Source: Deltaproteobacteria bacterium (lineage in GTDB: Bacteria > Desulfobacterota > Desulfuromonadia > Geobacterales > Geobacteraceae). From it: DNA of 64,000 nt. The translations under genes were made by a program, and so were the position numbers. Numbering within the stretch: position 1 is the first letter of the stretch; every line of letters begins with the position of its first letter. The notes beneath the pieces are model-generated. The model made no database searches, was not told where the DNA came from, and worked only from the letters and a program-made list of their open reading frames with translations. The stretch is taken from contig JAJZUC010000004.1 of assembly GCA_021847245.1 (NCBI GenBank), positions 10,478 to 74,477 on the forward strand. Reading direction: 5' to 3'. Below, piece by piece: positions 20,316 through 30,220 of the stretch.

Positions 20316-21479
20316 ATGGGCGAGACCTCAAATAAACGCGTCATGATCGTGGCCGGCGAGGCGTCCGGCGATCTCCACGGCTCCAACCTGGTGAAGGAGG
20401 CCCTGCGCCTCGATCCGTCGCTCTCCTTCTTCGGCATCGGCGGCTCCCGGATGCGGGAGGCGGGGGTACAGACCCTCGTCGATGCGTCCGAGATGGCGGT
20501 GGTGGGCCTCGTGGAGGTCCTCGCCCACTTCGATGTCATCGCCCGCGCCTTCACGACGATGAAGCGGATCCTCAGGAGCGACCCCCCGGATCTGCTTGTT
20601 CTCATCGACTACCCCGATTTCAACCTGATGCTCGCCAGCGTCGCCCGCCGGGCGGGGGTGAAGGTACTTTACTACATCAGCCCCCAGGTCTGGGCCTGGC
20701 GGGTGGGGCGGGTGAAGAAGATCGCCCGTCTCGTCGATCATATGGCGGTGGTCTTTCCCTTCGAGGTGCCGTTCTACGAGAAGGAGGGGGTCCCGGTCAC
20801 CTTCGTGGGGCATCCCCTGGCCGATATCGTCCGGCCGACCATGGCCCGCGGAGAGGCCGTCGCCGCCTTCGGGCTCGACCCCGGCCGGCGCACCGTCGGG
20901 CTTTTTCCCGGCAGCCGCCGGGGAGAGATCGCCCGGCTGTTTCCGGTCATCCTTGAAAGCGCGGCGCTCCTCAAAGAGCGCAATCCGGAGCTCCAGTTCA
21001 TCCTTCCCCTGGCCCCCAGCCTCTCCTCGGCAGATATCAAACCCCAGCTTGCGGCCTCGGGGCTGGAAGTAACCGTGATCCGGGATACGGTCTATGACGT
21101 AATGCAGGTCTGCGACGCCATCGTCACCGTCTCCGGCACCGTGACGCTGGAAATCGCCCTCATGGGGGTGCCGATGGCGATCATCTACAAGGTGTCGCCG
21201 CTCACCTATCACGTGGGGAAGCGGCTGATCCGGGTCGACCATATCGGCATCTGCAACATCGTGGCGGGAGAACGGGTGGTGCCGGAACTGATTCAGCACG
21301 AGGCGTCGGCGGAGCGGATTGCGGCGGAGATCGGCCGCTATCTGGACGACGGCGAATACGCAGCTGCGGTGCGCGGAAGGCTCTCGCTGGTGAAAGAGAA
21401 GCTTGGGGCCGGCGGGTGTTCGGCGCGGGTGGCCGCATTGGTGTGTGAAATGATTGGAGCAGTCAGGAAGGAATCATGA
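20316..21479 (+). CDS. lpxB: Lipid-A-disaccharide synthase
   Basis: AGEASGDLHG, IDYPDFN, YYISPQVWAWR, PGSRRGE, SGTVTLE. Confidence 0.97.
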   Translation: MGETSNKRVMIVAGEASGDLHGSNLVKEALRLDPSLSFFGIGGSRMREAGVQTLVDASEMAVVGLVEVLAHFDVIARAFTTMKRILRSDPPDLLVLIDYPDFNLMLASVARRAGVKVLYYISPQVWAWRVGRVKKIARLVDHMAVVFPFEVPFYEKEGVPVTFVGHPLADIVRPTMARGEAVAAFGLDPGRRTVGLFPGSRRGEIARLFPVILESAALLKERNPELQFILPLAPSLSSADIKPQLAASGLEVTVIRDTVYDVMQVCDAIVTVSGTVTLEIALMGVPMAIIYKVSPLTYHVGKRLIRVDHIGICNIVAGERVVPELIQHEASAERIAAEIGRYLDDGEYAAAVRGRLSLVKEKLGAGGCSARVAALVCEMIGAVRKES

Positions 21480-23194
21480 CAGGTTTCGGGCGAATCATAC
21501 AGTACAGCAAACGCTACTGGGGCCGCATTCTGGCGTCGACGCTCGCTTCCGTTGCGGTCGGGAGCATGGACGGCGCCTTTGCGTTCTACGTGGAGCCGCT
21601 GCTGAGAAAAATCTTTGCCAGCAAGGATCTGACCATTCTCGCCATGCTTCCCTTTGGCGTGGTGGCCTTGTTTATTTTCCGAGCGGTATGCCGCTTCGTC
21701 AACGACTATTTCATCCGTACCGCCGGAGAGCTTGCCATCAGGCAGATACGGCAGGACGTCTACGAGAATGCCATGTCGATGGACATCAAGTTTTTTCATG
21801 CCCAGCCGACCGGCGAGCTCATGTCGCGGATCATCAATGACGTGACGGTGATGCAGAACGGCATCGCCAACATCGTCACGAGTGTCTGCCGCGACGGTTT
21901 TTCCGCGATTTCGCTGTTGGCCGTCATCTTCTACCGCAACTGGCGCCTGGCGCTCGTAACCCTTGTGATCATCCCCCTTACGGTGTATGTGGCCCAGATA
22001 ATCGGGAAAAAGATCAAGAGGTTTTCCACCCAGAGCCAATCCAGAATGGGGGACATTTCTTCCATCCTCCAGGAGACGTTTTCCGGGATAAAGGTCGTGA
22101 AGGCCTTTAATCTCGCCCGGTGGGAGATCGAGAGGTTCCGCAGGGTTAACGAAGACTATTACTACGCCATCCGGAAAGGGGTGAAGTACACGAGCCTTTC
22201 GTCGCCGATCACCGAGCTCATAACCTCGATCGGGATTGCCGTCGTCATCTGGGTGGGGGGGAGCATGGTCATCCGCGGAAGCATGACGGCCGCTGAGTTT
22301 TTCTCTTTTCTTACCGCCATGGCCCTGGTGTACAAGCCGATCAGAAGCCTCAACAACAACTACAATTCCGTTCAGTATTCCCTGGGAGCCGCCATCAGGG
22401 TCTTCGAGGTCATAGACAAAAGACCCGAGATCGTCGATCATCCCGCGGCCGTCGACATGGAGCGTTCACGGGGCGAGGTCGAGATCCGCAACGTAGCGTT
22501 TGCCTACGATGACGAGCCGGTTCTCGGAAACATAAGCCTTTCGGCCGGGAAAGGAGAGGTCATCGCCCTCGTGGGACCTTCCGGCGGCGGCAAAACGACC
22601 CTTGTTTCCCTTATCAGCCGTTTTTACGATGTGACTGGTGGGGAGATCCTGATCGACGGTATTGACATCAGGATGATCAGTCAGCAGAGCCTGATCAGGC
22701 AGATAGCGCTGGTGGACCAGGAGACGATTCTCTTCAACGATACCATTGCCAACAATATCCGTTACGGCAAGCAGAATGCGGGGATTGAGGACGTCGAAGC
22801 AGCGGCACGTGCCGCCTTTGCCCATGAATTTATCATGAAGCTTCCAGAGGGATACGACACCAACATCGGCGACCGGGGAGTCAGACTCTCGGGAGGGCAG
22901 CGGCAGCGAATCTGCATCGCCCGGGCGATCCTCAAAAACGCCCCGATCCTCATCCTGGACGAGGCAACCAGCGCCCTCGACACCGAAAGCGAACAGATGG
23001 TCCAGAAGGCCCTTACCAACCTGATGGCCAACCGAACCACCTTCGTCATCGCCCACCGCCTCTCCACCATCCTTCATGCCGACAAGATCGTGGTGATCGA
23101 AAAGGGGAAGGTAGTGGAGACGGGAAGACACCAGGAACTCCTCACCCGCGGCGGGCTCTACAAAAAACTTTACGAAATGCAGTTCAGCGGTTGA
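21476..23194 (+). CDS. msbA: Lipid A export ABC transporter (permease/ATPase)
   Basis: TM domain plus GPSGGGKTT, LSGGQRQR and DEATSALD; lies between lpxB and waaA. Confidence 0.92.
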   Translation: MTGFGRIIQYSKRYWGRILASTLASVAVGSMDGAFAFYVEPLLRKIFASKDLTILAMLPFGVVALFIFRAVCRFVNDYFIRTAGELAIRQIRQDVYENAMSMDIKFFHAQPTGELMSRIINDVTVMQNGIANIVTSVCRDGFSAISLLAVIFYRNWRLALVTLVIIPLTVYVAQIIGKKIKRFSTQSQSRMGDISSILQETFSGIKVVKAFNLARWEIERFRRVNEDYYYAIRKGVKYTSLSSPITELITSIGIAVVIWVGGSMVIRGSMTAAEFFSFLTAMALVYKPIRSLNNNYNSVQYSLGAAIRVFEVIDKRPEIVDHPAAVDMERSRGEVEIRNVAFAYDDEPVLGNISLSAGKGEVIALVGPSGGGKTTLVSLISRFYDVTGGEILIDGIDIRMISQQSLIRQIALVDQETILFNDTIANNIRYGKQNAGIEDVEAAARAAFAHEFIMKLPEGYDTNIGDRGVRLSGGQRQRICIARAILKNAPILILDEATSALDTESEQMVQKALTNLMANRTTFVIAHRLSTILHADKIVVIEKGKVVETGRHQELLTRGGLYKKLYEMQFSG

Positions 23195-24501
23195 CGGGAA
23201 AGGCGTTGTTCTACCTTGTCTATGACATACTCCTCGCGCTCCTTGCGCCGCTCATCTTCGCGTACCAGTTCTATCGCTCCCTGAAGCGCGGTCGCGGAGT
23301 CTCGGGTTTTATCGAGCGGTTCGGTCTCATCGATGAGGAACGGCTCGTCCCCTTGGACGGCAAGGACGTTATCTGGATACATGCGGTTTCCGTGGGGGAA
23401 ACCCAGGCCGCAAAACCCCTCCTGAAGGCGCTGAAGGATCGTTTTCCCGAGATGAGGCTCGTGTTGTCCGCCGTGACCGAAACCGGCCGTGAAGTGGCGG
23501 AGAAGATCGCGGAGGTAGACCTCTGCATTTATTTCCCCTTTGATCACGGCTTTGCCGTCAAGGGTGCGTTGCGCAGGATCAAACCCTCCCTGGTGGTCAT
23601 TGTCGAAACGGAGATCTGGCCCAATTTCATCCGGTATGCCCGAAAAGGGGGGGCATCGGTGGTTCTCGCCAACGGCCGCATTTCCGACCGTTCCTTCCCC
23701 CGGTATCTCAAGCTCAAGGGGCTCTTTTGCCCGGTTCTCGCCGGTGTCGACGCGTTCTGCATGCAGAGTGCGGAGGACGCGCGGCGCATCTCGGCCATAG
23801 GCGCCCCGGCGGAGCGGGTCTTCGTGGCCGGCAACCTCAAGTACGACATCGCCGCTAGGACTCCTTCCGGTCAGGAGCGGGATGCGGCGCGGGGGCGCTA
23901 TCACCTTCCGTCCGACGTGCCGGTCGTCGTTGCCGCCAGTACCCATCCGGGGGAGGAGGAGGCGGTGGTTGCCGCCTACCGGACCCTTCTCGCCCAGGGA
24001 CGCCGCCTTTTCCTCATTCTAGTTCCACGCCATCCGGAGCGGGCGGGGGCCGTGTCGGAGCTTCTTTCGAAGAGCGGATTTCCCCATGAGCTCCGCTCGC
24101 GGCTCTCCGACCGGTCGGCCACGTTCGGGTCCGGCGAGGTGCTCATCGTGGACACGATCGGTGAGTTGATGGCGCTGTACGGGGCGGCAGACCTTGCCTT
24201 CGTCGGCGGCAGCCTCGTCCCGGTCGGTGGGCATAACATCCTGGAGCCCGCTTCGCTGGGCCTTGCCATGGTCTTTGGGCCGTACATGCACAATTTCCGG
24301 GAAAGCGCTGCCCTCATCCTGGAGAGGGGGGGCGCCATCCGGATTGCGGAGGGTGGAGAGCTGGCGGCCGCCCTGCAGGCGCTCCTGGACGATGAGGAGA
24401 AAAGGGGCGAAATGGGAAGGCGGGGGGCGCGCATCCTGGAGGAGAACAGCGGCGCGACGGCTCGCCATATCGGGGTCATCGTAGATCTCGTGAACAGGTG
24501 A
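23191..24501 (+). CDS. waaA: Kdo transferase
   Basis: [46 protein letters not shown]. Confidence 0.96.
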   Translation: MTGKALFYLVYDILLALLAPLIFAYQFYRSLKRGRGVSGFIERFGLIDEERLVPLDGKDVIWIHAVSVGETQAAKPLLKALKDRFPEMRLVLSAVTETGREVAEKIAEVDLCIYFPFDHGFAVKGALRRIKPSLVVIVETEIWPNFIRYARKGGASVVLANGRISDRSFPRYLKLKGLFCPVLAGVDAFCMQSAEDARRISAIGAPAERVFVAGNLKYDIAARTPSGQERDAARGRYHLPSDVPVVVAASTHPGEEEAVVAAYRTLLAQGRRLFLILVPRHPERAGAVSELLSKSGFPHELRSRLSDRSATFGSGEVLIVDTIGELMALYGAADLAFVGGSLVPVGGHNILEPASLGLAMVFGPYMHNFRESAALILERGGAIRIAEGGELAAALQALLDDEEKRGEMGRRGARILEENSGATARHIGVIVDLVNR

Positions 24502-24521
24502 TACTCGGGCACGGAGAACGA

Positions 24522-25601
24522 ATGGCCGGAATGGAACGGTACTATCGGGAGCTGGTGGAGGGGAGGCGCCGCAGTGTGTTCGACAGGCTCCTCCTGCTGC
24601 TTCTTTCGGCTCTTTCATATCCGTACGCTCTGGCGGTCAGGGTGCGTGCCGCGCTGTACGCCGCCGGGATTCTGCCATCCCGCTGCTTGCCCCGGAAGGT
24701 GGTTTCCGTCGGGAACCTTACCGTTGGCGGTACAGGAAAAACTCCGATGGTTGCCTGGATTGCGCGCTATTTTCTTGCCCGTGGGAAGAGAGTTGCTGTC
24801 ATTTCCCGCGGCTATGGCGGTACCGCCGAGGGGAAGACCCGGATCGTCTCCGATGGCGAAACGCTTTTTCTCACTCCGGAAGAGGCCGGCGATGAGCCTT
24901 ATCTTCTCGCGCGGAGCGTGCCGGGTCTGATGGTCGTCATCGGTGCCGACCGCCATGCCGCCGGGCTCCTGGCCATCGAGAGACTTTCGCCGGAGCTGTT
25001 CATTCTGGACGATGGATTCCAGCACCTTCGCCTGCGGCGGGATCTCAATATTCTCCTGCTTGACTGCCGCTCCCCCTTCGGAAACGGCCGTACCCTTCCG
25101 GCCGGGCTGCTCCGCGAGCCGACCTCGGCGGCGTCACGGGCCGACGTTGTCGTATTAACCCGGTGCGGCGGCGTGCAAAGGGAGGGGAGCCCCGTCGCGG
25201 GGTTGCCATGCTCCCGGGTCACGCACCGCCTCACAGCCATTGTCCCGCTTGCGGGCGGCACCCCCGTTCCGTTCTCAATGCTCAAGGGCGAGCGGGTGCT
25301 GGCATTCTCGGGTATCGCGGACCCGATCTCCTTTTTCACCGCGCTGAAAGGGGAGGGGGTGGAGCTTGCCGCTACGCTCTCCTTTCCCGACCATGCACGC
25401 TACGGAAAACGTGAGATCGATACTATCTGCCAACTCAAAAATGAATCCGGAGCGGCTTTTCTCGTTACTACCGAAAAGGACGCCGTGAAGCTCGGTGCTT
25501 ATGCCGACCTGCTGGGGGGATGCTTCTCCGTCCCACTGGAGATGGAGTTTCTTGATTCCCGGGCACTGGAGAAGGGATTGGAAAAATTGATGCAACTTTA
25601 A
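24522..25601 (+). CDS. lpxK: Tetraacyldisaccharide 4'-kinase
   Basis: [45 protein letters not shown]. Start uncertain (24498, 24522 or 24531). Confidence 0.95.
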   Translation: MAGMERYYRELVEGRRRSVFDRLLLLLLSALSYPYALAVRVRAALYAAGILPSRCLPRKVVSVGNLTVGGTGKTPMVAWIARYFLARGKRVAVISRGYGGTAEGKTRIVSDGETLFLTPEEAGDEPYLLARSVPGLMVVIGADRHAAGLLAIERLSPELFILDDGFQHLRLRRDLNILLLDCRSPFGNGRTLPAGLLREPTSAASRADVVVLTRCGGVQREGSPVAGLPCSRVTHRLTAIVPLAGGTPVPFSMLKGERVLAFSGIADPISFFTALKGEGVELAATLSFPDHARYGKREIDTICQLKNESGAAFLVTTEKDAVKLGAYADLLGGCFSVPLEMEFLDSRALEKGLEKLMQL

Positions 25602-25660
25602 CGGCCAAATGTGGCACAATAACGCAATTTCATGCTTTCGCAACTTCGGGAGAAAAGGGC

Positions 25661-25834
25661 GTGGTCATCACAAAGGAACTCCTCGATATTCTTGTCTGTC
25701 CCGCGTGCAAGGGAGAGGTTAGGCCTCACGAGCACCGCGGTGGCCTGGTTTGTCCGGCGTGCATGCTGATCTACCCCGTGCGGGAGGGTATTCCCGTCAT
25801 GCTTGCCGATGAGGCGGAAAAGATCGAGGATTAG
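25661..25834 (+). CDS. Trm112/YcaR-like small zinc-ribbon protein (57 aa, absent from the ORF track)
   Basis: Hand translation from GTG 25661: MVITKELLDILVCPACKGEVRPHEHRGGLVCPACMLIYPVREGIPVMLADEAEKIED*. This is the usual position after lpxK. Confidence 0.92.
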   Translation: MVITKELLDILVCPACKGEVRPHEHRGGLVCPACMLIYPVREGIPVMLADEAEKIED

Positions 25835-25837
25835 GGA

Positions 25838-26932
25838 GTGGTAACCGGTAGAGCACAGAAGAAGATCCTGGTCCTCCGCTATCGCTTCATCGGCGATACC
25901 ATCCTGACGATCCCCTTTCTCAGGAATCTGCGTCGCGCCGAGCCCGATGCCCACATTGCGTGGGTGGTTGCTCCGGGGTCGTCGGATGTGATCAAGGGGG
26001 TCCCCTATGTGGATGAGCTCATCTACTGGGACCCGGTGACCATTCATGCCGACAGCACCGGAACCCACGGGACCCTTTCGTCAAAAATCACCTTCATCCG
26101 AGGCCTTCGGGGAAAGCGGTTCGACAAGGTCTATGTCCTGAAAAGGTCCTTATCCAGCGGCATGATGGCGTGGCTTGCCGGCGCCCGGCAGCGGGTGGGG
26201 TTCGCCACCGAGGGGCGGGGATTTCTGCTGACCAGGGAGGTTCCATACCATCATGACCGGCATGAGGTGCAGAATTTCCTGGAAGTCCTTCGCGCAGACG
26301 GCGTGCCGATCGTGGACGATTATCTGGAAGCGTGGTTGTCGCCGGAGGAGCAGCAGTTTGCCGATGATTACCTGGCTGCTGCCGGACTTGCCCCAGGGGA
26401 TCGGTTGATCGGCATCCATCCGTTTTCTGCCAATCCGTCCCGAGGCTGGCATCTGGATATGTTCATGGAGCTTGCCCGGCGGTTGCAGGAGCGGTATGCC
26501 GCCCGCATTCTCTTTTTCGGCGGCCCCCGCGACAAGGAGGCGTTGCCCGGGATCCGGGCGGCATTGCCGCAACCGCCGCTGGAGGCGGTGGGAAGCACCA
26601 CCCTCCGGCAAACCATGGCGCTTTTGGCCCGCTGCCGGTTGCTGGTCTGCAACGACAGCGGCATCATGCATCTGGCCGCATCGCTTCAGGTGCCGCTGGT
26701 GGCGCTGTTCGGGCCACAATCGCCGGCCAAATTCGGCCCGTGGGGGGAAAAGTGCCGCGTGGTCTATCGTGCTTTTCCCTGTAGCCCTTGCCGGCAGCGC
26801 TTTTTCAAGGAATGCACACCGTCGCCCCGCGGGAAGCCGGAATGTATGGAGGCCATTACCGTCGACACAGTGCTGGAAGAGATCGCTACACTACTGCCGG
26901 TAGCCGACGAACCGAGCAAGGTGACGCCATGA
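25838..26932 (+). CDS. waaF: GT9 LPS heptosyltransferase (WaaF-like)
   Basis: RFIGDTIL and NDSGIMHLAASLQVPLVALFGP; C-terminal four-Cys cluster. The GT9 family is firm, the waaF assignment less so. Confidence 0.75.
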   Translation: MVTGRAQKKILVLRYRFIGDTILTIPFLRNLRRAEPDAHIAWVVAPGSSDVIKGVPYVDELIYWDPVTIHADSTGTHGTLSSKITFIRGLRGKRFDKVYVLKRSLSSGMMAWLAGARQRVGFATEGRGFLLTREVPYHHDRHEVQNFLEVLRADGVPIVDDYLEAWLSPEEQQFADDYLAAAGLAPGDRLIGIHPFSANPSRGWHLDMFMELARRLQERYAARILFFGGPRDKEALPGIRAALPQPPLEAVGSTTLRQTMALLARCRLLVCNDSGIMHLAASLQVPLVALFGPQSPAKFGPWGEKCRVVYRAFPCSPCRQRFFKECTPSPRGKPECMEAITVDTVLEEIATLLPVADEPSKVTP

Positions 26933-28038
26933 AAATTCTTCTTATCAACAACGGCAAGGGGTGGAGCGGCGGCCAGGAGCATCTCAAGGATCTTGCTGTT
27001 GAACTGCGCAACAACGGGGTTGAGGTTCACTTTCTGGTGCGTGGTGGCACGGTCAACGAGACCAGGTTCACGGAACTTGGCTTCACGGTGCATCTGATGC
27101 CTTACAAGCACGGCTGGAACACCGTCAAGGCGGTCCGCAATCTCATCTCGATCATGCGGCGGGAGCGGTTCGACATCGTCTCCATCAACCGGGAGCACGA
27201 TCTGCCGTTGACCGTCCTGGTGTACCGGCTTGCCTTTCCGTTCGGGCGGCGGGGCCGGCTGATGATGAGTTACCATCTGCCGACGGAGCGCCAGCAGCCG
27301 CTCCTTGGTGCCGTCGACGCCGTCGTCTGTATCTCGGAGCACGTGAAGACAAAGTTGCTGCAGCGCATGCCGGCCGCGGCTGCCAAGACGACGGTCCTCT
27401 ATTATGGGATTGTGGTGCCGCCGCTACCCGACGGCGCGAAGTTCACAACCGACCGGCCTCGCCGGTATCTGCAGGGGCGCCCCTTTCCGGTCATCGGGAT
27501 GGTAGGGGAGTTCTGGAAGAATCAGATCGAGCTGGTGGAAATGCTCCCTCTGTTGAGGCGGGAGTTTCCGGACATCACAGTAGCCTTCGTGGGGAACAAC
27601 AAAGACCGCGCCTTGGTGGAGCCGCTTGAAGCAAGGGTCAGAGAGCTCGGCGTCGAGCAGCATCTAGTTTTTACCGGCCTGGTTCCACGGGAGCGGATCG
27701 GCGATGTCTTCTACGATATGGACCTTTCGGTGACCACGCACCGCAATGAAGGGTTTGGCATCGTCCATCTGGAGAGTCTGGCTGTCGGTACGCCGGTGGT
27801 TGCCTACAACGAGGGAGGCTTCGTTGATATCTTCAAGGGGGAGGAGGTTGGTGTGCTCGTTGACGGCGGAACGGCTGAATTTGCTGCTGCCACGATCGAT
27901 CTCCTCAAGGACGATGTGCGTCGCTTTACCTTGGGGCGCGCTGGTTATGAGCTGGTGGAACGGCGCTATTCCGTCCAGGCCATGGGGCGGACCTATCTGC
28001 AGTTCTACCGGCAACTGTTGGGCATTCAGTCTGCATGA
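26929..28038 (+). CDS. GT4 family glycosyltransferase
   Basis: KGWSGGQEH and the NEGFGIVHLESLAVGTPVV EX7E motif; the ATG overlaps the upstream stop. Confidence 0.9.
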   Translation: MKILLINNGKGWSGGQEHLKDLAVELRNNGVEVHFLVRGGTVNETRFTELGFTVHLMPYKHGWNTVKAVRNLISIMRRERFDIVSINREHDLPLTVLVYRLAFPFGRRGRLMMSYHLPTERQQPLLGAVDAVVCISEHVKTKLLQRMPAAAAKTTVLYYGIVVPPLPDGAKFTTDRPRRYLQGRPFPVIGMVGEFWKNQIELVEMLPLLRREFPDITVAFVGNNKDRALVEPLEARVRELGVEQHLVFTGLVPRERIGDVFYDMDLSVTTHRNEGFGIVHLESLAVGTPVVAYNEGGFVDIFKGEEVGVLVDGGTAEFAAATIDLLKDDVRRFTLGRAGYELVERRYSVQAMGRTYLQFYRQLLGIQSA

Positions 28039-29108
28039 GGATAGCTTTCGTCAATACCAGCCGTGGGTGGGGCGGCGCCGAAGAACAGATGCTGGCCATG
28101 ATACCCGAATTGGAGCGACGCGGGCACGTGGTTACGATCATCACCCGGAGCGGAGGACCGGCGTACGAACGATTCACTCGCGCTAATCACCAAGTGCTCC
28201 CCGTGGCCCGCACGGGCCCGGCGGCGCTGGCCGCTCCTTTTCGGGTTGCGGCCCGGGCGAGAAGGGAACGCTTTGACGTTATCCACTGTCACCGGGACCA
28301 TGACCTGCCGTTGGGTAAGTTGCTGGCCATTGTGGCCCGGGCGCCGTTGCTGCTGACCCAGCACTGTCTGCCCAACAGGCCCAGTGCCGTCACCTACGGG
28401 CTGGCGGACCGGGTTGTTGCCGTTTCCGAATACATCGCCAACGGCATCCGCGCAAAGCTCCCCGCCATCGGTGACCGGGTCGACGTCATTGTCAACGGCA
28501 TCGATCCCGCCATGTTTACCGATCCGGACTGCCGCTTCTGGCAGCGGTACCCGCTGGTTGGACAGCGGGGCCCACTGCTGGGAGTGGTGGGGGCGTTCTA
28601 CAAGGGGCAGGAGGAATTGATCACCATGTTACCCCGCTTGCGGGATGTTTTCCCCCGACTGACTCTCATCCTCATCGGCGAGGACAATGATCGAAAAGCG
28701 CCGCTGGAGGATCTGGCTGCCAGGCTGGGGGTGGCTGATGCGGTGGTCTTTGCCGGCCGGATTCCCCGGGAGCGGATGAAGGACGCGCTAGCCGGTCTCG
28801 ACCTGACTGTCAGTGCGTTCCGTAATGAAGGATTCGGCCTTAGCGTAGTCGAGGGACTGGCGGTTGGAACTCCTTTTGTGGGATATCGGGCCGGGGGATA
28901 TCCGGAGATTGTCGTCGATGAACGAGCCGGCTGTCTCGTAGGCGGGACGCATCTGTTGGAGGATGGGATCATCAGGATGCTGGGCGAGCTCTCTGTCTCC
29001 GGCGACACACGCAGGAAAGTCTGTCAGTCGGTTGCGGCCGGATTCACGCTGGACCGCATGGTCGACGCATACGAAACCGCCTACTGCGCCATAGGGAAAA
29101 GGTTGTAA
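28035..29108 (+). CDS. GT4 family glycosyltransferase
   Basis: RGWGGAEEQ and NEGFGLSVVEGLAVGTP; resembles the preceding gene. Confidence 0.9.
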   Translation: MRIAFVNTSRGWGGAEEQMLAMIPELERRGHVVTIITRSGGPAYERFTRANHQVLPVARTGPAALAAPFRVAARARRERFDVIHCHRDHDLPLGKLLAIVARAPLLLTQHCLPNRPSAVTYGLADRVVAVSEYIANGIRAKLPAIGDRVDVIVNGIDPAMFTDPDCRFWQRYPLVGQRGPLLGVVGAFYKGQEELITMLPRLRDVFPRLTLILIGEDNDRKAPLEDLAARLGVADAVVFAGRIPRERMKDALAGLDLTVSAFRNEGFGLSVVEGLAVGTPFVGYRAGGYPEIVVDERAGCLVGGTHLLEDGIIRMLGELSVSGDTRRKVCQSVAAGFTLDRMVDAYETAYCAIGKRL

Positions 29109-30034
29109 TGTTTTCGGTCTCGGTCGTCATCCCTACCTTCAACGGTAGGGATCTCCTGCTGAAAAACCTGCCGCCGTTGTTCGAGGCGTTAGAGCGCATC
29201 GACACTACCTGGGAAATAATTGTCGTGGATGACGCCAGCAGCGATGACTCTGTGCGGATGCTCCAGGATCTCTTCCCGACGGTTGTCGTCATGCGTAACC
29301 ATCGCAACCTTGGATTTGCCGAGACTATCAATCGCGGCATCTTTGCGGCAAAGCATGAAATTGTATTTGCGCTCAACAACGACGTGGTAGTTGAGCCGGA
29401 CGTACTGCAAAGAATTCTCCCCCGATTCAGGGATGAATCGATTTTTGCCGTGACCCCTAACGTGCTTGATCCGACAACCAAGCACCAGCAGGCGATTTAT
29501 AAACTACGGCCCGGATTCTGCTGGTTTCGGGATACCTGCCTGCCTGCGCCGCCGAACGGCGATGAAATTCCGCTTTTTTTCGCCTCTGGCGGATCGAGCT
29601 GCTATGACCGGAAAAAACTGTGGGAGCTCGGTGGGTTTTCGCTGCTGTATGCGCCGTTTTACGTGGAAGATGTAGACCTTTCCTATCATGCCTGGAAGCG
29701 GGGTTGGAAGTGTGTGATGGAGCCGGCTGCAACGGTGTGGCACCCGGTAAATTCGACTATCCGCAAGTACCATCGTCAACGGAAGATCAAGTTTCTGATC
29801 GCACGGAACAAGCATATTTTCATGTGGGTGAATATTACGGATCCGGTCCTGATATTCAGGTATTTCCTCTTTTTGCTGCCGTCGCTCGTGTGGGACGTGC
29901 TGTCGTTCAGGAAGTACAAGCTGGTGGGAATGTTTATGGCTCTAGAGCGTCTTGCCACAATTGTGAGGGAGCGTCGCCGCCGCCGGCCGACATTTTCACG
30001 GCGTGACGGAACAATCATTGCCAGCGTGCGCTGA
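29108..30034 (+). CDS. GT2 family glycosyltransferase (rhamnosyltransferase-like)
   Basis: VVIPTFNG, VVDDASSD, NLGFA, LNND, LGGF...YVEDVDL. Confidence 0.9.
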   Translation: MFSVSVVIPTFNGRDLLLKNLPPLFEALERIDTTWEIIVVDDASSDDSVRMLQDLFPTVVVMRNHRNLGFAETINRGIFAAKHEIVFALNNDVVVEPDVLQRILPRFRDESIFAVTPNVLDPTTKHQQAIYKLRPGFCWFRDTCLPAPPNGDEIPLFFASGGSSCYDRKKLWELGGFSLLYAPFYVEDVDLSYHAWKRGWKCVMEPAATVWHPVNSTIRKYHRQRKIKFLIARNKHIFMWVNITDPVLIFRYFLFLLPSLVWDVLSFRKYKLVGMFMALERLATIVRERRRRRPTFSRRDGTIIASVR

Positions 30035-30220
30035 GGCACGCCCCGATAATGAGACTGAATGCCGGCGTGGGGGGGAGTGCTACTAAGGGTGAACAATTCA
30101 GTAGAATTGATTATAAGAGTCCAACTTTTAACCTTATAAGAGTTTATAGTCTGATGGTTGTCAGCCGATATTTGTACTTGTCAATATGCCAGTATTGTTT
30201 ATGTCACGAGGTTACCGTTT

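Noticed and set aside
25612-25627. Sigma54-like TGGCAC...GC upstream of the Trm112-like gene
   Set aside because: GG-to-GC spacing is 9 nt rather than the required 10, and the TTGC element is absent.
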